A stretch of DNA of 64,000 nucleotides from Escherichia coli (GTDB taxonomy: Bacteria; Pseudomonadota; Gammaproteobacteria; Enterobacterales; Enterobacteriaceae), in NCBI RefSeq assembly GCF_046105845.1, contig NZ_CP151004.1; one strand, written 5' to 3'. Shown in pieces: positions 56,701-64,000 of this stretch. Position 1 is the stretch's first letter, and the number at the start of each line of letters is the position of its first letter. Under the pieces are notes generated by a model, which was not told where the DNA came from, did no database searches, and worked only from the letters and a program-made list of their open reading frames with translations. A program made the position numbers and the translations under genes.

Positions 56701-57624
56701 ATGTCAACTCAAAAATTAAAATTTAGCCATATCAAAAACGATCTGAAAGCAATAGTTATGCAGAATCGTGGAGGGCAAAAAGTTATTGAGCGTATACTCC
56801 TAGCCTATGGCTTCAAGTCACGACAGGCATTATGTAATCATCTAGGTATTTCCCAAAGTACTATGGCCAACAGATATGCACGTAATACCTTTCCTGCAGA
56901 TTGGGTTGTTATATGTTCCATAGAAACAGGAGCATCAATTGAATGGTTAGTTCTTGGTTCAGATACTGCTCCTTCATCAGAGCAATATTCTGAAAAACAT
57001 GCCGTTAATGGCCTTTGCAATGAAGTATACATTCCCACTATAAAGTTCGATAATGAAAAACTCATGAATTTTAACCGAGGGGGTAAGGCAACAATAGAAC
57101 GAATTGTCGAGGCTTACGGTTACAAAACGCGCCAAGCATTAGCTGATCACCTAGGTATTTCAAAAAGCACATTAGCCACACGATACATGCGTGACATTTT
57201 TCCTGCAGACTGGGTTTTGCAGTGTGCAATAGAAACGGGCCATTCTATTGAATGGATTTCATTTGGTACAGGAGAAATGAAAAACACAAAAAATAAAGAT
57301 ACTTTAACATTAGTGAAAAAAGTATTAATCAATGGCAAGTTAATAAATGATGGCTCATATTTATTTGACCCATGCTTTCTACCTTCCAATTTAAAAAATG
57401 CATTCGTAGTATCTACCGAAGACTCTGAATTAATATGTGAAATGGGTTTTAAAGATGTACATGATGGTAAGTGGCTAGTAAATATTGATGGAGAGAATTC
57501 ATTTAGAATGATAACTCGACTACCTAAAGGACGAGTTTATATTTCATCCCAAAATCACTCTTTTGAATGTTCGCTTACAGACATTGAGTTTATTGCAAAA
57601 GTTATTATAAGTTGTTTACATTAA
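56701..57624 (+). CDS. CI-repressor paralog with a duplicated N-terminal HTH domain
   Basis: 307 aa; two tandem copies of GG..IER...AYG.K.RQAL..HLGIS.ST.A.RY.R..FPA.WV, then a CI-like C-domain; AT-rich. Confidence 0.6.
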   Translation: MSTQKLKFSHIKNDLKAIVMQNRGGQKVIERILLAYGFKSRQALCNHLGISQSTMANRYARNTFPADWVVICSIETGASIEWLVLGSDTAPSSEQYSEKHAVNGLCNEVYIPTIKFDNEKLMNFNRGGKATIERIVEAYGYKTRQALADHLGISKSTLATRYMRDIFPADWVLQCAIETGHSIEWISFGTGEMKNTKNKDTLTLVKKVLINGKLINDGSYLFDPCFLPSNLKNAFVVSTEDSELICEMGFKDVHDGKWLVNIDGENSFRMITRLPKGRVYISSQNHSFECSLTDIEFIAKVIISCLH

Positions 57625-57649
57625 GTAAATTTTTCATGGAGACTTCATA

Positions 57650-59167
57650 GTGAAATGTGGTGATTGTAATTGGAACTGGGATGAAGAAACTACCTTTATA
57701 TTAGACGACGAAGAGGAAATTCTTTCCAAAGACAAACTTAATCGGAGACACTATGCAGAATATCTATATTTTTATCTTAAGGAAAAGGGGCAAAAGAACA
57801 ACACGGTAATCAACCTTAATGCAGAATGGGGAGCTGGTAAAAGTTTTTTCATAAAGAGATTTTATAACTCAATAAAAGATGCACACCCATGCGTTTACAT
57901 TGATGCCTGGAAGCAAGACTTTTCTGATGATGCATTTTTAACCCTTTTTTCTTCTTTGTCACAACAATTGCAAACATATGCAGGAAAACTTGATGCTCGA
58001 TTGATACAAAGCGGCCATGCTATCGGACGCTTTACAAAAGGTGTTCTACCTGAAATCATATCTGGCCTAATCAAGACTTATGCAGGAGTAGATAACGTAG
58101 GTGATATAGCCAAAGAAGCCTCATTAATAATGCTGAAGGAACACCAGGAAAAACTGAAGAGCATTAAGGTATTAAAAAAAGAACTAACGTTATGGTCTAG
58201 GTTGGCATATGAAAATAGTTTTTCATGTCCTATATTTATCTTTATAGATGAATTAGACAGATGCAGGCCAGATTATGCAATTTCTCTTTTAGAGATTGTT
58301 AAACATATATTCGATATTAAAAATTTTGTCTTTATTATTGCTACTGACACAGATCAATTACAACATTCAATCAAGAATGTTTACGGTAATGATTTTTCCG
58401 CAAATGACTATTTAGGCCGTTTTTTTCATAGAAGATTTACTTTAAAACAACCTGAACTTAAAGATTTAATTAATGGTGTTATTGGTGATTATATTGGTAC
58501 CGATTTTGAAAATATCACATCAAAAACATACCCACTAACAGCAACATTAGAAGACTTTTCAATAAATATTTCCAACGTATTTGAAGCATTTGGGTTAAAT
58601 CTAAGAGACTCAATCCGAAATACTGAAAGGTTAATAGACATTCTTAAATCTGATTTAGTCAAAAAGAAAGTAGATTATATTTTTATAATTTCGCTAATGA
58701 TTATATATGATAAGGATCGTCAAATTATAGATGGACTAATTGGTCGAAGAAATGCAGCACAACGTTTCACTGATTCGATAAAGCAAAGCTCCAATTTAAA
58801 AGGTGTTTCTCAAGCCATCCTTGAATTAAATCTTGATACAAATCAGCAAAGAATAGGTGTCAATTATATCTATAGAACGGCGAGCAGTAGATTATTCATC
58901 TCACAGATCGAGCCCAAAATAAATTTAACATTAATAAATTACTTAGATGTTGCATTGTATTTTATTAATAATATAAACATGCTTAAATCAAGTATAAAAA
59001 ACAATGGGCAAAATTCACTAATGATTATATCTCAACAAGGCCCTATTGATGGTGATACAGCTATAAAGTATTTGCAAGGAGCCCTTATAGAGAATGGTCT
59101 GAATACATCTTTTTATGCCTTACATAATTACATTGAATTAATTGAACTGGCCACATCATTTGATTAA
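57650..59167 (+). CDS. KAP-family P-loop NTPase
   Basis: 505 aa, GTG start after GGAG; Walker A NAEWGAGKS; Walker B IFIFIDELDRCRPDY; AT-rich by eye. Confidence 0.7.
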   Translation: MKCGDCNWNWDEETTFILDDEEEILSKDKLNRRHYAEYLYFYLKEKGQKNNTVINLNAEWGAGKSFFIKRFYNSIKDAHPCVYIDAWKQDFSDDAFLTLFSSLSQQLQTYAGKLDARLIQSGHAIGRFTKGVLPEIISGLIKTYAGVDNVGDIAKEASLIMLKEHQEKLKSIKVLKKELTLWSRLAYENSFSCPIFIFIDELDRCRPDYAISLLEIVKHIFDIKNFVFIIATDTDQLQHSIKNVYGNDFSANDYLGRFFHRRFTLKQPELKDLINGVIGDYIGTDFENITSKTYPLTATLEDFSINISNVFEAFGLNLRDSIRNTERLIDILKSDLVKKKVDYIFIISLMIIYDKDRQIIDGLIGRRNAAQRFTDSIKQSSNLKGVSQAILELNLDTNQQRIGVNYIYRTASSRLFISQIEPKINLTLINYLDVALYFINNINMLKSSIKNNGQNSLMIISQQGPIDGDTAIKYLQGALIENGLNTSFYALHNYIELIELATSFD

Positions 59168-59229
59168 AAGCATTGTTTGAATAAACTAAACCATACATTG
59201 ACCACTGGTCAAACATACAGTTAAATTTA

Positions 59230-59248
59230 GCCCTCTGATATGAGGGCT
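59230..59248 (+). terminator. hairpin plus T-tract after the KAP gene, abutting the int start
   Basis: gccctc-tgatatg-agggct then TTTATT, then ATG of int. Confidence 0.55.
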
Positions 59249-59253
59249 TTATT

Positions 59254-60306
59254 ATGGCAGTACGAAAACTCACCACAGGAAAATGGCTTTGCGAATGTTA
59301 CCCCGCCGGACGTAGTGGGCGTCGTGTGCGTAAACAATTCGCCACCAAAGGCGAAGCACTGGCTTTTGAGCGTCACACGATGGAAGAAACCGAAGCAAAG
59401 CCCTGGCTGGGTGAATCAGTGGATCGTCGAACACTGAAAGACGTGGTTGAGCTATGGTTCAAACTACATGGTAAATCTCTGACTGCTGGGCAGCATGTCT
59501 ATGACAAATTGCTGCTGATGGTTGACGCTCTGGGCAATCCCCTTGCAACTGATCTAACCTCTAAAATGTTTGCCCACTATCGAGATAAACGCCTGACAGG
59601 TGAGATCTACTTCAGTGAGAAATGGAAGAAAGGAGCAAGCCCGGTCACCATTAACCTGGAGCAAAGCTATCTAAGTAGTGTTTTTAGCGAACTATCCCGC
59701 CTGGGCGAATGGTCGTATCCGAACCCACTGGAGAACATGCGAAAATTCACCATCGCAGAAAAAGAGATGGCATGGCTTACCCATGAGCAGATTGTTGAAT
59801 TACTAGCTGATTGCAAACGTCAGGACCCAATTCTGGCACTGGTAGTTAAGATATGCTTAAGCACAGGCGCACGCTGGCGAGAAGCCGTAAATCTTACCCG
59901 CTCACAGGTGACCAAATACCGAATTACCTTTGTAAGAACGAAGGGGAAGAAAAACAGAAGCATCCCTATCAGTAAAGAGCTTTACGAAGAGATCATGGCG
60001 CTTGATGGGTTCAATTTCTTCACAGACTGCTATTTTCAATTTTTATCCGTGATGGAAAAAACGTCTATCGTGCTCCCTCGCGGTCAACTCACACACGTTC
60101 TGCGCCATACGTTTGCGGCGCACTTCATGATGTCGGGTGGAAACATTCTGGCTTTACAAAAAATTCTCGGACACCACGATATAAAAATGACTATGCGTTA
60201 CGCACATCTGGCACCGGATCATCTGGAAACGGCGCTCCGTTTCAATCCTCTGGCAACGCTGCCAAGTGGCGACAAAGTGGCGGCAGCGGTTGGCATTACC
60301 CCGTAA
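59254..60306 (+). CDS. int: tyrosine integrase (P2/186 Int family)
   Basis: MAVRKLTTGKWLCECYPAGRSGRRVRKQFATKGEALAFE; LSTGARW; HxLRH; terminal Y region MRYAH. Confidence 0.9.
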   Translation: MAVRKLTTGKWLCECYPAGRSGRRVRKQFATKGEALAFERHTMEETEAKPWLGESVDRRTLKDVVELWFKLHGKSLTAGQHVYDKLLLMVDALGNPLATDLTSKMFAHYRDKRLTGEIYFSEKWKKGASPVTINLEQSYLSSVFSELSRLGEWSYPNPLENMRKFTIAEKEMAWLTHEQIVELLADCKRQDPILALVVKICLSTGARWREAVNLTRSQVTKYRITFVRTKGKKNRSIPISKELYEEIMALDGFNFFTDCYFQFLSVMEKTSIVLPRGQLTHVLRHTFAAHFMMSGGNILALQKILGHHDIKMTMRYAHLAPDHLETALRFNPLATLPSGDKVAAAVGITP

Positions 60307-60442
60307 TAACCACCACTGACCACCAACCCAACTTATTGTTTTTACTCTAAGTTATTGTTTTCATTAACCCGTTTACATAAATGGGTAATTTGTATTGTTG
60401 AATAGCATCTGATGAGAAATTGATGCTAATATTATAAACATA

Positions 60443-60616
60443 CTAGATTAAATCAATCTTGATATCATAGCTTTCAAGACCAGTCATTTTTTCCCGTGCA
60501 GTAAACTGGATACTGGTAACTTCTTTCCCGGTCTTTTTCTTAAGCTCAATGATTTTTTTTGTTATATATTCAGAAATATCTGCTTCTGTTTTTGTTTTTA
60601 ACTCTTCAATGTTCAT
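60443..60616 (-). CDS. GnsA/GnsB-family small protein
   Basis: ORF 60443-60709; MNIEELKTKTEADISEYI...FTAREKMTGLESYD matches remembered GnsB. Confidence 0.7.
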   Translation of the reverse strand: MNIEELKTKTEADISEYITKKIIELKKKTGKEVTSIQFTAREKMTGLESYDIKIDLI

Positions 60617-60788
60617 CATTTCCTCTTTTAGTCTGTTATGACTTTCCTGGTACACAGTAGTGTCAATTATATGGAGCAAACGTATAAAAGATAAGATGAA
60701 ACATCGCAATAATCAACATACGACGGTCTAAATTTCACACAAACAGATAAAGATGATTATCATTTATTATCAATGCATTAGAATCAAA

Positions 60789-61019
60789 TCAATTCAAGAG
60801 TCTCATTGCTGCTTCCAGAATTTCTTCTGAAGTTACATGTCGATCCGCTGCTACATAAATGACTTTATGATCTCCGGTCAGAGATGGAAACCCTGCAGCC
60901 ATTACAGTGAGGTGTGTTGTTTCGCCATTTGGATATTCACGCATGATGGTGTTAACTCCGGTCATCACTGGCACTACCATTGCTGGTTCAGAGTTAAAAA
61001 AAACTATTATTTTTTTCAT
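60789..61019 (-). CDS. hypothetical small prophage protein
   Basis: ORF 60789-61058, internal ATG at 61019. Confidence 0.35.
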   Translation of the reverse strand: MKKIIVFFNSEPAMVVPVMTGVNTIMREYPNGETTHLTVMAAGFPSLTGDHKVIYVAADRHVTSEEILEAAMRLLN

Positions 61020-61290
61020 AATGTTACCGTAATATGTGAGTATCCATCGACTAGACACTAAGCAAAAAAGCTCCCGAAGGAGCCTTCATTTTCACTTTCT
61101 TAAATCTAACGACAGACGGCTAACATTTAAGTATTGTGAAATATTATCAAATGTAATCATCATTGATTTACAAAAGATACATTTTGCCCCGAAAGGATTC
61201 CTGTCAGAAACATCAAAAGATGATGTTCTATACTGAGAACCATGGCAACACGGGCATCTAAAGTGAATATGGTTTGTAATATTTTCTACC

Positions 61291-61503
61291 TCAAAGTGCC
61301 ACTACATGAACAGCCGCGGGGCCTTTAGGTCCGTTCTCAATACCAAATTCGACTTCCTGATTCTCAGTTAACGTTTTGAAATCGTTGCTCTGAATAACTG
61401 AGAAATGGACAAACACATCTTTGCTACCATCTTTCGGCGTGATGAAACCAAAACCTTTTTCAGGGTTAAACCATTTCACTAAACCAGTCATTTTGTTAGA
61501 CAT
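61291..61503 (-). CDS. CspA-family cold-shock protein (CspI/CspB-like)
   Basis: [23 protein letters not shown]...VHFSVIQ RNP motifs; long AT-rich leader. Confidence 0.9.
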   Translation of the reverse strand: MSNKMTGLVKWFNPEKGFGFITPKDGSKDVFVHFSVIQSNDFKTLTENQEVEFGIENGPKGPAAVHVVAL

Positions 61504-61866
61504 CATTATTACCTTTTGAAGAAGTTAGCCCTTGGGCAGAATGGTCCGAAAAAAAATATCAGAGAGAAAAACCAACAAGGAGATCTCAAGAGGTACAAAT
61601 AATAAAATTATAACAATGACTGCTTCAGATAATTTTGTAACAAACCAGAACACCATTAACGCATGATTAACCAACCATAGCAAGGATTACTTTTGTAAAG
61701 AAAAACACACGAATGAAACAATAGCTTTATTTATTAATAAAACGTGTCATTCTGTCTAATGACCTTTTATCTTACCCTTAAGATTTCAAGGATTTTGACT
61801 CATGGAAGAGTCCTTTTTATTTAAATTTCACATTCAGCGCTAAAAATAATCCGATTTAATATTAAT

Positions 61867-62894
<1,028 letters not shown>

Positions 62895-63215
62895 GGATAT
62901 TTATCAGGATTTATCGGCTTCAAATCCCCGGATATGTTAAATCTTACCTCACCAGTGATGGGCACTGGCGGGAGGAGGATGTCAATCTGATAAACACAGA
63001 GGTGACTATGGATTACACAAATCTACCAAAACAAACTTTTGCTGATTTAATCGCACTCAGGCAAGCAGTCGTAGCTCTAATCAACTTGTTGCCGGAGAAG
63101 GAAAAGGAATTAGTTAAAGCGCTTCTTAACAGAACTGCCGCCGATTTTTCATCATATCCACTGACAGATGACCTTGCGGACCTTCCTGAATTAATTGCAG
63201 CGTCCGCCATTAAGC

Positions 63216-63767
63216 TTACTGAAGAGATTTACCCTCCTCAAAAATCTTCACAAAATTCCTGCGAGTAACTTCAATGCAATAATCGTAAAACGCCGCAAAC
63301 TGCTCATCGCGGCGTTTTTTTTCATCTTCAGAAGGGATCAGCACCGACAATTTTTTATTCAGATCAGCGACGCTGCCCTCCAGTTTTTCAATGGGCGATT
63401 CAATATCATCTTTTTCTGACCGCAATGCCGTCGGTGGCGTCTTCAGAGAACCAGTAATTCTTCCCGGTAGCTTTCCTTTGTAGGTTATCCACACATTCTG
63501 CGCCTCTAAAATTATGGGGCGCTTTTCCGGCGACTGCTCATCCCCTACACATAACCCGGCAGCAACATCCAGGAATACCTGTCTGATTCTCATTCTGGCT
63601 GCTGCCTCATAAAACTCCAGCGCGGCACCTTCAACACGGTCCAGCGAGATGTCCAGGTCAAAAATTTCACCGTCAAAGCGTTTTTTGTCCCGTAAGGCTA
63701 CAGTTACCGCCACTTTATTCTCAAAATTGCGGACTCCTTTCACAACCAGTTCATAGTCTTGTGTCAT
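63216..63767 (-). CDS. hypothetical protein inserted between holin and endolysin
   Basis: ORF 63216-63788 (TTG); ATG at 63767 with purine-rich RBS. Confidence 0.45.
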   Translation of the reverse strand: MTQDYELVVKGVRNFENKVAVTVALRDKKRFDGEIFDLDISLDRVEGAALEFYEAAARMRIRQVFLDVAAGLCVGDEQSPEKRPIILEAQNVWITYKGKLPGRITGSLKTPPTALRSEKDDIESPIEKLEGSVADLNKKLSVLIPSEDEKKRRDEQFAAFYDYCIEVTRRNFVKIFEEGKSLQ

Positions 63768-63771
63768 TGGA

Positions 63772-63987
63772 TTACTCTCTTCTCGCAACCTTACGCCTGT
63801 CTTCTTTAATCTTGAAATAAAGGTTTGTCAGATACGTCAGCAGGCCAAAAACCAGACTACCCAGCACACCGATTGCAGCCCACTGTGACGGAGTTACTTT
63901 ATCGAGTAACTGCAATGCCCAGAAACCAGCATTACCAGCCGATGTGCCATAGGCGATACCTGTTGTTAACTTATCCATTGATTTCAT
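63772..63987 (-). CDS. holin (EssD/EssQ-like)
   Basis: [26 protein letters not shown]...[14 protein letters not shown] matches remembered EssD. Confidence 0.85.
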   Translation of the reverse strand: MKSMDKLTTGIAYGTSAGNAGFWALQLLDKVTPSQWAAIGVLGSLVFGLLTYLTNLYFKIKEDRRKVARRE

Positions 63988-64000
63988 ATCCTCACCCCGA

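Overview
The window opens with an E. coli-type chromosomal segment (yjjV', yjjU, ytjA, osmY, prfC; all minus strand, 1-4.4 kb) and the remaining ~59 kb is prophage DNA. All protein calls rest on reading the supplied translations against remembered family signatures; no database search was run. A Qin/Rac-like lambdoid prophage (dinI-like, ydfK-like, pin, tfa, stf, lom ... head genes, terminase; its holin/endolysin/spanin cassette sits at 61.8-64 kb) is tail-defective because an IS3-family element has replaced the tail-tip genes and truncated both the tape-measure and J genes. A complete-looking 186/P2-like prophage (ogr/B at 25.8 kb to int at 60.3 kb) is nested inside it, between the terminase/cos region and the lysis-proximal moron genes. 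The 186-like element carries an invertible tail-fibre host-range switch with a Pin-type invertase (both 26-bp crossover sites located), a cos site, an AT-rich P-loop NTPase between the portal gene and cos, a LexA-controlled Tum/DinI-like module, and a Dam-like methylase. The strongest candidate for an undescribed defence or exclusion system is an AT-rich two-gene cassette in the cI-int lysogeny operon: a CI paralog with a duplicated N-terminal HTH domain followed by a KAP-family P-loop NTPase. No rRNA, tRNA or CRISPR array was seen.
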